This document shows positions 9,629 through 19,552 of a stretch of 49,623 nucleotides of DNA, one piece after another. The notes beneath the pieces are model-generated. The model was given only the letters and a program-made list of their open reading frames with translations, was not told the origin of the DNA and did not search any database. Location of the stretch: the sequence record SRR22947725_3046; one strand, 5' to 3'. Made by a program: the position numbers and the translations under genes. Positions within the stretch are counted from its first letter, which is position 1. Every line of letters starts with the position of its first letter.

Positions 9629-11017
9629 ATGTTATCTGAACAACTTATCGAGAAGTGGCAGCCAGTGCTCGATCACGGCGATCTCGGCGAGATCAAAGAT
9701 TCACATCGTCGTGCTGTAACTGCTCAACTTCTGGAAAACCAAGAGCGATCAGCTCGTGAGCAAGCAATGGGTTCAGGTGGATACCAAATGCCATCGCTGT
9801 TGGGTGAGGCTTCGCCTACCAACGCAATGGGTGGTTCTTCCGCTCCTGCTACTTCACCTGCTGGTAACGTAGACCTTTTTGATCCAGTACTGATTTCTTT
9901 GGTACGACGATCTATGCCAAACCTGATTGCATACGACGTATGTGGCGTACAGCCAATGACTGGTCCTACTGGACTGATCTTTGCAATGCGTGCACGTTAC
10001 AACAGTCAGTCTGGCGCAGAGGCTCTGTACAACGAAGCTGATACTTCACACTCTGCTTCAGCTTCTGGTAACAGCGCTTCTAAAGCTGTTATCGATGGTG
10101 AAGGTAACCCAGGTGTAGGTCAGGCTGGTTCTGATCCAACTACTCGTGCAGTAGGTAACACTTACTCTGTTGAGACTGGTATGTCTACCACGGCCGCTGA
10201 AGCCCTGGGTGATGGTGCTGCTAACCAGTTCCAAGAGATGGCCTTCTCAATCGAGAAAGTTGCTGTAACGGCTGTTTCACGTGCTCTGAAAGCTGAGTAC
10301 ACGATGGAACTCGCTCAGGACCTGAAAGCTATCCACGGCCTCGATGCTGAGACTGAGCTTTCTAACATCCTGTCAGCTGAGATCCTAGCTGAAATCAACC
10401 GTGAAGTTGTCCGAACGATCAACTACACTGCTACAGCTGGTGCTCAGCAGAACGTTGCTTCGGCCGGTACTTTCAACCTTGACGTTGATTCAAACGGTCG
10501 TTGGTCTGTAGAGCGCTTCAAGGGTCTGATCTTCCAGATCGAGCGTGACGCTAACCAAATTGCTAAAGACACTCGTCGCGGTAAGGGTAACATCCTGATC
10601 TGCTCTTCTGACGTAGCTTCTGCTCTTCAGATGGCTGGCGTTCTGGATTACACTCCTGCACTGTCTGCTAACTTGAACGTAGACGACACTGGTAACACCT
10701 TCGCTGGTGTACTGAATGGTCGGATCCGAGTTTACATCGATCCATACTTCAGCTCAGCTGCTGGTAACCAGTACTACACTCTTGGCTACAAGGGCTCTAG
10801 CGCCTTTGATGCTGGTATCTTCTACTGCCCATATGTACCTCTGCAGATGGTACGTGCGGTTGGCGAAGACACCTTCCAGCCTAAGATTGGCTTCAAGACT
10901 CGTTACGGCATGGTTGCTAACCCATTTGCAGAAGGCGGTACTGCCGGCAATGGTACAATCAGCTTCAACAACAAGAACGTATACTACCGCGTTGTTTCAG
11001 TAACGAACCTGATGTAA
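9629..11017 (+). CDS. 23: major capsid protein gp23
   Basis: LVRRSMPNLIAYDVCGVQPMTGPTGLIFAMR, SRALKAEYTMELAQDLKAIHGLDAE, FQPKIGFKTRYG. Confidence 0.99.
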   Translation: MLSEQLIEKWQPVLDHGDLGEIKDSHRRAVTAQLLENQERSAREQAMGSGGYQMPSLLGEASPTNAMGGSSAPATSPAGNVDLFDPVLISLVRRSMPNLIAYDVCGVQPMTGPTGLIFAMRARYNSQSGAEALYNEADTSHSASASGNSASKAVIDGEGNPGVGQAGSDPTTRAVGNTYSVETGMSTTAAEALGDGAANQFQEMAFSIEKVAVTAVSRALKAEYTMELAQDLKAIHGLDAETELSNILSAEILAEINREVVRTINYTATAGAQQNVASAGTFNLDVDSNGRWSVERFKGLIFQIERDANQIAKDTRRGKGNILICSSDVASALQMAGVLDYTPALSANLNVDDTGNTFAGVLNGRIRVYIDPYFSSAAGNQYYTLGYKGSSAFDAGIFYCPYVPLQMVRAVGEDTFQPKIGFKTRYGMVANPFAEGGTAGNGTISFNNKNVYYRVVSVTNLM

Positions 11018-11043
11018 TAAAAAGACCCGTAAGGGCGATTTTG

Positions 11044-11071
11044 GACGGGAGCTTCGGCTCCCGTTTTTTTT
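11044..11071 (+). terminator. Rho-independent terminator with cUUCGg tetraloop
   Basis: GACGGGAGC-TTCG-GCTCCCGTT followed by a T-tract after gp23. Confidence 0.9.
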
Positions 11072-11099
11072 GTCTGGATAAATACATTAGGAGGACATT

Positions 11100-11633
11100 A
11101 TGGTCGCTACAAGTAATCAGCCTGAAAATAGAAACTACCTATCTGCTCTTGGGTTTAGGTTTATTCTAAACAGGACACCAAATACAAACTACTTTGTACA
11201 AAATGTACGTCTTCCTACCCTGACTCTAGGTCAGTTTGATATAGACGACCCTTTTGTAAAATTACCTACACCAGGCACCAAATTATCGTTCGAACCTCTT
11301 GACATTACGTTTCTAGTAGATGAAGATATGACCAACTACTTGGAACTTCATGATTGGTTAAGAGGTTTAGGTTTCCCAGAATCGTTCGATCAGTATGGCA
11401 ACCTGGTTAGGCAGAATCAAACTTCCCCATCACAAAAAAACTCAGCAGTGTTTAGTGACGGTACTCTAATGGTACTTTCAAGTCATCAAAACGCAAACAT
11501 TAAAGTAACATTTGAAGATATGTTCCCTATTGCGTTGTCTGACCTTACGTTTGATAGTACACTTACCGATATAGAATACCTGCGAGCTACAGTTACGTTC
11601 AGGTATAGGCTTTATAGTATTGAAAAAATGTAG
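11100..11633 (+). CDS. 3: tail completion/sheath stabiliser gp3
   Basis: NYLS..GFRF, FLVDEDM.NYLE...W..GLGFP; gp23-gp3-uvsY-uvsW synteny; GATAAATA late-promoter variant at 11077. Confidence 0.85.
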   Translation: MVATSNQPENRNYLSALGFRFILNRTPNTNYFVQNVRLPTLTLGQFDIDDPFVKLPTPGTKLSFEPLDITFLVDEDMTNYLELHDWLRGLGFPESFDQYGNLVRQNQTSPSQKNSAVFSDGTLMVLSSHQNANIKVTFEDMFPIALSDLTFDSTLTDIEYLRATVTFRYRLYSIEKM

Positions 11634-11636
11634 ATT

Positions 11637-12077
11637 ATGAAAATCGAACAGATTATTGAGATGTGGCAGAAAGATGCCAAGATAGATGATGTTGAGTTGG
11701 ATACCGAGTCGTTAAACGTCCCTGTATTGCATGGTAAATATCTAAAACTGTTCTATGAGCAGAAACTCAAACTCAAAAAGTATAAGATTCAATATAAGTC
11801 GCTCAACAAAGTTTTGAGTGAATATTATCGTGGTGAATTGAATAATCCTGAAGACCTAAAACAAATTGGACGCGACCCTTGGGAGAAGCATGTTCTCAAG
11901 GCAGACGTGTCTCAATACATTGAGGGCGATCAGGAGATGGTTGATCTTGTTACCCGTATGGTGTATCAAGAGCAAGTTGTTTCGTTATTGGAAGATATTA
12001 TGAAAAGTATAAACAATAGAGGCTTCCATATTAATGCAGCGATCAACTGGAGGAAACTCACCCAGTTCGGCGTATAG
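11637..12077 (+). CDS. uvsY: recombination mediator UvsY
   Basis: W.KD..ID...LD.ES...P.LH.KY, YY.G, I.NR.F.I..AI.W. Confidence 0.92.
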   Translation: MKIEQIIEMWQKDAKIDDVELDTESLNVPVLHGKYLKLFYEQKLKLKKYKIQYKSLNKVLSEYYRGELNNPEDLKQIGRDPWEKHVLKADVSQYIEGDQEMVDLVTRMVYQEQVVSLLEDIMKSINNRGFHINAAINWRKLTQFGV

Positions 12078-13527
12078 AGAATTGTTAGTAATTGAGAAAG
12101 TGAATGAGACCTTTTTGAAGGTCAACTGTAACCAGGGTATTGCACAGGAGCTGAATGAGTTCTTCTCATTTTTTGCACCTGGGTATAAATTTATGCCAGC
12201 GTTTAAGCGTAGGCAGTGGGATGGCCGTATACGTTTATTCAATAGTCGTAACAATGGGTTGTATGTTGGGCTGCTTCAGTATCTAAAGACGTTTTGTGAT
12301 GAGAGAGATTACGATTTAGAATTCAGCTCTGATCTAGAACTGCAAGAAGAGTTCTCGTTTCAAGAAGCAGTGGAATTTGCAGGTGAGATTAACTTACCGT
12401 TTGAACCACGTAAGTATCAACTAGAAGCATTTACTCATTGCGTACGTAACAACAGATCAATGATCCTATCTCCAACTGGATCTGGTAAGTCGTTGATCAT
12501 CTATCTACTATCAAGATTCTATAACGAGAAAACATTGATAGTAGTACCAACAGTATCATTGGTTCGTCAGATGTATAGTGACTTCAAGGACTATGGATAC
12601 AAAAAAGAATGTAAGCTGATTAGTGCTGGAGTCGATAAGGAGTTTATTGACGAGGACATAACCATTACCACTTGGCAGTCAATATACAAGATGCCAAAGA
12701 AATGGTTTGATCAATTTAATGTAGTGATAGGTGACGAAGCTCATCTATTCAAAGCAAAGTCTCTCACTACCATCATGACGAGGTTAAGTGATTGTAAGTA
12801 CCGGTTTGGATTTACTGGTACGCTAGATGGTACAGAAACACATAAGTTAGTATTAGAAGGTTTGTTTGGCACGGTCAAGTCATTTGTAAAAACCAAGCAG
12901 CTTATTGAAGGTAATACATTAGCAGACCTCAAGATCAAGATACTTGTACTGAAATATAGTGAGTTGACACGTAAAGCTCACAAAGAGGATAAGTTCCATG
13001 ATGAGATGGACTTCCTTACACAGAATGGTAAACGAAACAACTTTATATCGAACTTGACACTATCATTAGAAGGAAACACATTAGTCCTGTTTAGCTTTGT
13101 TGAAAAACATGGTAAAGTATTGTATGATCTCGTTAACAGTAAAGTAGCTAAGGGTCGTCAAGTATTTTTTGTATTTGGAGGAACAGATGCCGATACCAGA
13201 GAGAGTATCCGTGCCATCACGGAAAAGGAATCAAACGCAATCATCATTGCTTCTTACGGAACATTCAGTACTGGGATTAACATTCGCAATCTTCACAACA
13301 TCGTGTTTGCTAGCCCTAGCAAGTCTCGGATTCGCAATCTACAGTCTATTGGGCGCGGCTTGAGAAAGAGTGATAGTAAGACCGTCTGTACGTTATATGA
13401 TATCGCAGATGATCTTCAATATAAGAAAAGTGTAAACCATACACTAAGACATTTGTACGAACGTGTAAAGATTTACAACGAAGAACAGTTTGATTACAAG
13501 ATGTACAAAATTAAACTAGAGAACTAA
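12034..13527 (+). CDS. uvsW: DNA/RNA helicase UvsW
   Basis: WDGRIRLF, SPTGSGKS, DEAH, ASYGTFSTGINI, LQSIGR.LR; start uncertain (ATG 12034 or TTG 12082). Confidence 0.95.
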   Translation: MQRSTGGNSPSSAYRELLVIEKVNETFLKVNCNQGIAQELNEFFSFFAPGYKFMPAFKRRQWDGRIRLFNSRNNGLYVGLLQYLKTFCDERDYDLEFSSDLELQEEFSFQEAVEFAGEINLPFEPRKYQLEAFTHCVRNNRSMILSPTGSGKSLIIYLLSRFYNEKTLIVVPTVSLVRQMYSDFKDYGYKKECKLISAGVDKEFIDEDITITTWQSIYKMPKKWFDQFNVVIGDEAHLFKAKSLTTIMTRLSDCKYRFGFTGTLDGTETHKLVLEGLFGTVKSFVKTKQLIEGNTLADLKIKILVLKYSELTRKAHKEDKFHDEMDFLTQNGKRNNFISNLTLSLEGNTLVLFSFVEKHGKVLYDLVNSKVAKGRQVFFVFGGTDADTRESIRAITEKESNAIIIASYGTFSTGINIRNLHNIVFASPSKSRIRNLQSIGRGLRKSDSKTVCTLYDIADDLQYKKSVNHTLRHLYERVKIYNEEQFDYKMYKIKLEN

Positions 13528-13530
13528 CTT

Positions 13531-14073
13531 ATGGCTAAGAAAAAAGCAAATTATATTAACAACCCTGATTTCCTTCAGGCGATGATTGAGTATCGTGAGA
13601 AGGTTGCAGAGGCCAAAGAATCTGGGAAGCCAAAACCTCAAGTGCCGCCATACATTGGCGAGTGCTTCATGAAGATCGCGACAAGGTTATCTCATAAGCC
13701 AAACTTTATTAATTATTCGTTTCGTGATGAGATGATCTGTGACGGTATTGAAAACTGCATGCAGTATATCGATAACTTCAATCCGGAAAAGTCCAGTAAT
13801 CCATTTGCATACTTTACTCAGATAATCTACTTTGCATTCTTACGTCGTATTGATAAAGAAAAGAAGCAGCTGTATATAAAATTTAAGTTGTCTGAGAGAA
13901 TGAACATTGATGAAACGACGAGTGAAAAACAAGATCACGACTCTGATGTCGACTTCAACGATGCGATTAAAAATGATCCGGATAGTCAAGAGTACATAGA
14001 CAACTTCATCAAGTCGTTTGAAGAGAGTCGTAAGAGCAAGAACAAAAAAGCAAAAGATGCAGAAAAAGTTTAA
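13531..14073 (+). CDS. 55: late-transcription sigma factor gp55
   Basis: YIGECFMKIA..LS.KPNF.NY, MI.DGIENC.QY..NF.PEKS.NPFAYFTQI. Confidence 0.96.
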   Translation: MAKKKANYINNPDFLQAMIEYREKVAEAKESGKPKPQVPPYIGECFMKIATRLSHKPNFINYSFRDEMICDGIENCMQYIDNFNPEKSSNPFAYFTQIIYFAFLRRIDKEKKQLYIKFKLSERMNIDETTSEKQDHDSDVDFNDAIKNDPDSQEYIDNFIKSFEESRKSKNKKAKDAEKV

Positions 14074-14088
14074 AGATGCCTACATGCA

Positions 14089-14583
14089 ATGAAGCCCAAG
14101 TTTATATTAGCGTATATGGATGTTGCTGAACGGTTCGCTCAGCTGAGCCATGCCAGCCGAGCTAAAGTAGGCGCCATTATAGTGAAGGATAACCGCGTAA
14201 TCAGCATAGGTTACAATGGCATGCCAAGCGGTTGGCCTAACGAGTGTGAGTACCAAATACACCATCACGAGCTAGGGACTACTACATGTATTAGCAATAA
14301 AGAAGTACTCCATGCTGAAGCTAATGCAATTGCAAAGGTTGCCAAGAGCAACGAAAGCTGCGATAATGCTACGATATTTTGTACACATGAACCGTGCATG
14401 GAATGCGCCAAGCTAATATTGCAGTGTGGTATATCATCTGTATACTACAGGTATGCACATAACTCAAATAACTATGGAAGTGGTATTGAGTTCCTTAAGC
14501 AGTCAAATATTAATGTTGAGATAGTGAATGAGGACACATCTATTATGAAAAGTATGATTGATTATGTTGAGGCGCACTCATAA
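14089..14583 (+). CDS. cd: dCMP deaminase
   Basis: KVGA.IV, GYNG, HAEANAI, PCMECAK zinc motifs. Confidence 0.93.
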   Translation: MKPKFILAYMDVAERFAQLSHASRAKVGAIIVKDNRVISIGYNGMPSGWPNECEYQIHHHELGTTTCISNKEVLHAEANAIAKVAKSNESCDNATIFCTHEPCMECAKLILQCGISSVYYRYAHNSNNYGSGIEFLKQSNINVEIVNEDTSIMKSMIDYVEAHS

Positions 14584-15653
14584 TGCGGCTGGCTCTTTTG
14601 ACCGACACGCACTTTGGTGCTCGTAATGATAGTCAGGCTTTCGCCAAACACTTTTATCAATTTTACCATAAAGTGTTCTTTCCATACCTGGATGAGCACA
14701 ATATTAAGACCGTAGTTCATTTAGGTGACATTGTAGACAGACGCAAGTATATCAACTACACGTCTGCCAGACTTCTACGCGAAGCATTGATCAAGCCGTT
14801 GCATAAACGTAGCATTGAAGCTCACTTCCTCATTGGTAATCACGACACCTACTTTAAAAATACTAATGAGATCAACTCTCTTAGCGAACTGTACTCTAAT
14901 AATAGTTATCCAAATGTACACATCTATGCAAACGAACCTCAGGCTGTAGACTTTGATGGGTGTGAGATTCTTCTTACTCCTTGGATCTGCAGTGGTAACT
15001 ATGAGAGGTCTATGGAAGTTATTAGTAACACGTCAGCGCAAATACTATTTGGACATCTAGAGCTTAAAGGGTTCGAGATGTACAAGGGAGCGATCAATAA
15101 CCATGGATTTGACAGCACTGTTTTTAGTAATTTTGATATCGTGTGTAGTGGCCATTTTCACCACAAGTCTACTGTGGGTAATATTAACTACCTTGGAGCC
15201 CCTTATCAAATTACTTGGTCTGATTACGATGACCCTCGTGGTTGGCATATTTTTGATACAGATACTCGTACCTTGGAGTTTATTCCTAATCCAATGACGA
15301 TGTTTGCAAAAATTCATTACGATGATAGCAACACGACAATGGAACTAATAGTCAACCAAGATTTTGATCTGTACAAAGATAAGTATGTGAAAGTAATCAT
15401 TCGTGAGAAGACTAACCCATACTGGTTCGATATGTTTATCGATAAGTTGGAAAAGGCTGGTCCCCACAACGTACAGGTGGTTGAAGACCACCTCCATCTC
15501 GACCTAGAGTCTGATGATGATATTGTCAATGAGGCCGAGGACACAATGACAATCCTCAGTAAGTACATTGAAGCATTAGACATTAGTACCGACAAACAGC
15601 TCGTTGAGCAGACAATAAAAGATCTGTATAATGAAGCACTTAGCGTAGTGTAA
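14583..15653 (+). CDS. 47: recombination nuclease gp47 (Mre11-like)
   Basis: TDTHFG, HLGD..DRRK, GNHD, SGHFH. Confidence 0.96.
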   Translation: MRLALLTDTHFGARNDSQAFAKHFYQFYHKVFFPYLDEHNIKTVVHLGDIVDRRKYINYTSARLLREALIKPLHKRSIEAHFLIGNHDTYFKNTNEINSLSELYSNNSYPNVHIYANEPQAVDFDGCEILLTPWICSGNYERSMEVISNTSAQILFGHLELKGFEMYKGAINNHGFDSTVFSNFDIVCSGHFHHKSTVGNINYLGAPYQITWSDYDDPRGWHIFDTDTRTLEFIPNPMTMFAKIHYDDSNTTMELIVNQDFDLYKDKYVKVIIREKTNPYWFDMFIDKLEKAGPHNVQVVEDHLHLDLESDDDIVNEAEDTMTILSKYIEALDISTDKQLVEQTIKDLYNEALSVV

Positions 15654-15661
15654 CTTATCTT

Positions 15662-17386
15662 ATGATTTTATTCAAGTATATTCGTTGGAAGAACATACTT
15701 TCAACTGGCAACAACTTTACCGAAATAAAACTAAACAAGTCTAAGTCGACGTTAATTGTAGGAGAGAACGGTACTGGTAAGTCCACTATCCTCGATGCGT
15801 TGTCATGGTCGTTGTACGGTAAAGCGTTCCGTAAGATTAATAAGCTGCAAATGATAAACTCAATCAATGGCAAGGGTGCCGAGGTACAAGTCGAGTTCGT
15901 TATTGGTAAGGATAGCTTTAAGATTGAGCGAGAGATTAAGAAGTATGGGTCGAGTCGATTTGAGATATTTAAAAACGATAAGCTAGTCGATCAAGCTGCT
16001 AACTCACGTGACTACCAAGAGTACTTAGAACGACATATCCTCAAGATGAATCACCGTTCGTTTTGTCAAATCGTAGTGCTTGGTAGTGCTACGTTCATGC
16101 CGTTCATGCAGTTAACAGCTCAGCACCGCAGAGAAGTAATTGAGGACCTTCTTGACATTGAAATCTTCACTACGATGAACACTTTACTTAAAGAGAAAGT
16201 GTCTACCAACAAAGATAGTCTACAGCAGGTCGTATACGACACTGATATCCTAAACGAAAAGATTGATCTACAGAATCAATATCTAAAGACTGTTAAGGAT
16301 GATAATGATAAACGTATCCAGCAGCATCACGACAAGATAGAAAAATCTCGTAGTGAGATTGATAAGTACGAACAGAAAAACGATAAACTTAACGTAGAAG
16401 TAATTGTATTGAATGGTGAGATTTCGGATAAGGATTCTGTATCTAAAAAGAAGAAGAAAATAGAGCAGCTAGAGTACAAGCTCAAGGATAAGATTGTATC
16501 GTTAGAGAAAGAAATACAATTCTATGATAACCATGATAACTGTCCTACCTGTAAGCAGGATATCGATCATGAGTTTAAATGCAGCACTGTTGATAATAAG
16601 AATAGTGCGTTAGTTGAAACGTCAAATGGGTTCGAACAACTACAAGAAGAGTATCAAAAAGTAACTGAGCGCATGGAGCAGATATCTGATATTCAACAAC
16701 AGGTAAACGATCTATTAAATGAGATTAACAGTAACAACTCTCACATCAATGCTATTAATCAAATGATTGGTAGCATCCAAAAAGACATCGATCAACTACA
16801 GTCGGAAGACCAAGATACTAGCGAATTAAGTGGTAAGCTGGATGAACTGAATCAGCAGCTAGAAGCGTGTCAAACACGCAGAGAAGAACTTTCTACAGAA
16901 AAGAGTGTACTTGATATTGCTCAACTTATCTTAAAGGATAGCGGTATTAAAACCAAAATTATCAAACAGTATGTACCGGTGATGAACAAGCTGATAAATA
17001 AATATCTTGCTGCTATGGATTTCTTCGTACAGTTTGAGCTAGATGAGAACTTCAACGAAACTATTAAGTCGAGATTTAGAGATGAGTTTAGCTATGCATC
17101 ATTTAGCGAAGGTGAGAAGCTTCGTATTGACCTGGCTCTACTTTTCACTTGGCGAGCTATTGCAAAGCTACGCAATAGCGTCAGTACCAATCTCCTTATT
17201 ATGGATGAGGTCTTTGACAGCAGTCTAGACTCTACTGGTACGGAAGAGTTTATGAAGGTACTAAACACTCTGGTGGATGATGCCAATGTGTTTATCATAT
17301 CTCATAAGGGCGACCAGTTATACGATAAGTTCCATAGTGTGATTAAGTTTGAAAAAGTGAAGAACTTTAGTAGGATGGCAGCGTGA
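15662..17386 (+). CDS. 46: recombination ATPase gp46 (Rad50-like)
   Basis: GENGTGKST, CPTC zinc hook, FSEGEK.RIDL, DEVFDSSLD. Confidence 0.97.
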   Translation: MILFKYIRWKNILSTGNNFTEIKLNKSKSTLIVGENGTGKSTILDALSWSLYGKAFRKINKLQMINSINGKGAEVQVEFVIGKDSFKIEREIKKYGSSRFEIFKNDKLVDQAANSRDYQEYLERHILKMNHRSFCQIVVLGSATFMPFMQLTAQHRREVIEDLLDIEIFTTMNTLLKEKVSTNKDSLQQVVYDTDILNEKIDLQNQYLKTVKDDNDKRIQQHHDKIEKSRSEIDKYEQKNDKLNVEVIVLNGEISDKDSVSKKKKKIEQLEYKLKDKIVSLEKEIQFYDNHDNCPTCKQDIDHEFKCSTVDNKNSALVETSNGFEQLQEEYQKVTERMEQISDIQQQVNDLLNEINSNNSHINAINQMIGSIQKDIDQLQSEDQDTSELSGKLDELNQQLEACQTRREELSTEKSVLDIAQLILKDSGIKTKIIKQYVPVMNKLINKYLAAMDFFVQFELDENFNETIKSRFRDEFSYASFSEGEKLRIDLALLFTWRAIAKLRNSVSTNLLIMDEVFDSSLDSTGTEEFMKVLNTLVDDANVFIISHKGDQLYDKFHSVIKFEKVKNFSRMAA

Positions 17387-17916
17387 AATTAGTCAAGGCT
17401 AGTGACCCTATACTACATACTCCCCCCAAACGATTTGATTTTACTAACCCTCCAATCGATCCTGAACAGCTTGCCGATGACCTTAAAGAGGCAATGATAA
17501 AGTTCAGGGGCATAGGGCTGTCTGCTAACCAAGTTGGTATACCATATCAAGTATTTGCAGCTGGAGATTACAACGATCCAGATAACATAGTCGTTTGCTT
17601 TAATCCCCGTATAGTCTTTGCTAGTGATCACACTATACCAATAGAAGAAGGCTGCCTGTCCTATCCAGGAATATTTCTTATTATCGAACGTCCTTCTGTT
17701 ATAAGATTGAGGTGCGCAAACTTTACTGGCCGTGTGGACACGCAGATCTATGACGGAGTGCCTGCTCGTATAGTACAGCATGAAATGGACCATATGATGG
17801 GAACCAATTTTACTACTCATGTGAGCAAACTTAAATTGGATCGAGCAAAAGCTCACAAGAAAAAGTTAGATAAAATGAGACAAAAGAACCTAGAGAGGTT
17901 AAAGCAATATGGATAA
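17383..17916 (+). CDS. def: peptide deformylase
   Basis: GIGLSANQVG, EGCLS, QHEMDH motifs. Confidence 0.95.
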   Translation: MKLVKASDPILHTPPKRFDFTNPPIDPEQLADDLKEAMIKFRGIGLSANQVGIPYQVFAAGDYNDPDNIVVCFNPRIVFASDHTIPIEEGCLSYPGIFLIIERPSVIRLRCANFTGRVDTQIYDGVPARIVQHEMDHMMGTNFTTHVSKLKLDRAKAHKKKLDKMRQKNLERLKQYG

Positions 17917-18481
17917 ACTACCAGAACATTTAGGTGGTGGGGAGCGTCGATGTCATAATGATAGAGGTGCTCTCAGGTTTGCAATTAAGAACTGGGACGT
18001 CAAGTCCATGTTAGACATTGGATGCGGCCGTGCCTGTGTAGTAAAAGACGCAATCGATATTCATAAAATGGATGCACTCGGCATTGATGGTGATCCAGGT
18101 ACATTGCATGGTGAGTTCAACTTTGAGCGACCGGATGTACCGTTCATGCTACACGACTATACAGAAGGTCCCGCGCCTTTGGAAGATCGTGAATTTGATC
18201 TTTGCTGGACAGTTGAGTTTCTTGAACACGTCGATGAAAAGTACATGGGCAACTGGATGGAAGACGTGAGACGTTGCAAGTACGTAATCTGTACACATGC
18301 AGAACCTGGTGATGGTGGTCGTCATCATGTCAACGAACAGTACATGGAATATTGGGTTAATAAGTTTGATCAATTTGGCTTTGACTTTGATGTTGATCTC
18401 ACCAACGAATTAAGGGAAGCTAGCACGATGACTAAGAAGTTCATGCGTGAAAACGGCCTCGTGTTCATAAGGAGAGGGTGA
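17909..18481 (+). CDS. class I SAM-dependent methyltransferase
   Basis: MLDIGCG motif I, FDL.W.VEFLEH, HHVNEQ...YW. Confidence 0.8.
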   Translation: MDKLPEHLGGGERRCHNDRGALRFAIKNWDVKSMLDIGCGRACVVKDAIDIHKMDALGIDGDPGTLHGEFNFERPDVPFMLHDYTEGPAPLEDREFDLCWTVEFLEHVDEKYMGNWMEDVRRCKYVICTHAEPGDGGRHHVNEQYMEYWVNKFDQFGFDFDVDLTNELREASTMTKKFMRENGLVFIRRG

Positions 18482-18645
18482 TGCCTGTAGGTAAGGATCC
18501 AAGAGATACACATTTCATTATCAGTCTTATCAAAAGCTCGGTAAGACTTTTAGGTTGTGTTCTTGGTATTTTGTTTCAAAGTATTACTGTATTTGCTTTT
18601 ATGTTCTTAGTTGCCGAGCTGCTTGGCATATATGAGGAATTGTAA
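18481..18645 (+). CDS. small membrane protein (54 aa)
   Basis: MPVGKDPRDTHFIISLIKSSVRLLGC...AELLGIYEEL*; coupled to both neighbours; not in the ORF track. Confidence 0.65.
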   Translation: MPVGKDPRDTHFIISLIKSSVRLLGCVLGILFQSITVFAFMFLVAELLGIYEEL

Positions 18646-19550
18646 TGAAGACATACAAGTATAGTGAGACTTTCTTCTCACCTCAAGGTGAGGGAAACTA
18701 TACTGGTCACTCAACATTGTGGATACGATTCTTTCTATGTAATCTACAATGCAATGGCTTTGGCCAAGACAATCCAACTGACCCTGACAGCTGGGAGCTG
18801 CCGTATGAAAAATTAGACTTGACTGACATTACTAAGGTAGAAGACCTACCGGTGTTTGATAAAGGATGCGATAGTTCATATACGTGGGCAAAGCGATATC
18901 GTCATTTAATGCATGATAAGAGTGCGTCTGATATTTGTGATGAGCTGGAAGCGTTACTGCCTCATGGTAAGTTCTTGAATCCAGAAACAGGCCAGGAAGT
19001 GCACATGGCGTTTACTGGTGGTGAGCCAATGCTTAAGCAAAATCAGTTAGCTATTATTGACATCATGGAAGAATTTGAGAGACGTGGCAACATGCCAATG
19101 TTTGTAACGGTTGAGACTAATGGTACTAAGCCACTAGAGCCTGATATGAAAAAATTCTTAGATTACTGTGCTATACGTGGCGGTGAGTGGTTTTGGTCAG
19201 TGTCTCCAAAGCTATGGTCTACTGCAGGTGAGAAACCTAAGAAGGCTATTAGACCTGACGTAGTAAGAGACTACTGTGCATTCTCTAGCACAGGTCAGTT
19301 GAAGTATGTAGTGAACGGATGCGCAGAGTCTTGGCAGGAAGTTAAGATCAATACAGATAGTTATAGACAAGCTGGAGCCACCTTCCCAGTTTGGATTATG
19401 TCGTCAGGTGCTCGTAAAGAGGAGCTGGTAGAAGAAGTAGAAGAAGGTGTAACACACGAAGCAAAGATTGCTGTTGAGGCTTTGCAGAGGGGGTATAATT
19501 ATTCAACAAGAGCACATTGCCATGTGTTTGGTAATGTAATAGGGACATAA
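18645..19550 (+). CDS. queE: 7-carboxy-7-deazaguanine synthase (radical SAM)
   Basis: E.F.S.QGEG, RF..CNL.C...CDS, FTGGEP, ETNGT, SVSPK. Confidence 0.9.
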   Translation: MKTYKYSETFFSPQGEGNYTGHSTLWIRFFLCNLQCNGFGQDNPTDPDSWELPYEKLDLTDITKVEDLPVFDKGCDSSYTWAKRYRHLMHDKSASDICDELEALLPHGKFLNPETGQEVHMAFTGGEPMLKQNQLAIIDIMEEFERRGNMPMFVTVETNGTKPLEPDMKKFLDYCAIRGGEWFWSVSPKLWSTAGEKPKKAIRPDVVRDYCAFSSTGQLKYVVNGCAESWQEVKINTDSYRQAGATFPVWIMSSGARKEELVEEVEEGVTHEAKIAVEALQRGYNYSTRAHCHVFGNVIGT

Positions 19551-19552
19551 CC

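Noticed and set aside
7046-17856. Minus-strand ORFs within core genes (e.g. 7906, 15317, 17413)
   Set aside because: Fully antisense to well-conserved T4 genes, with no motifs
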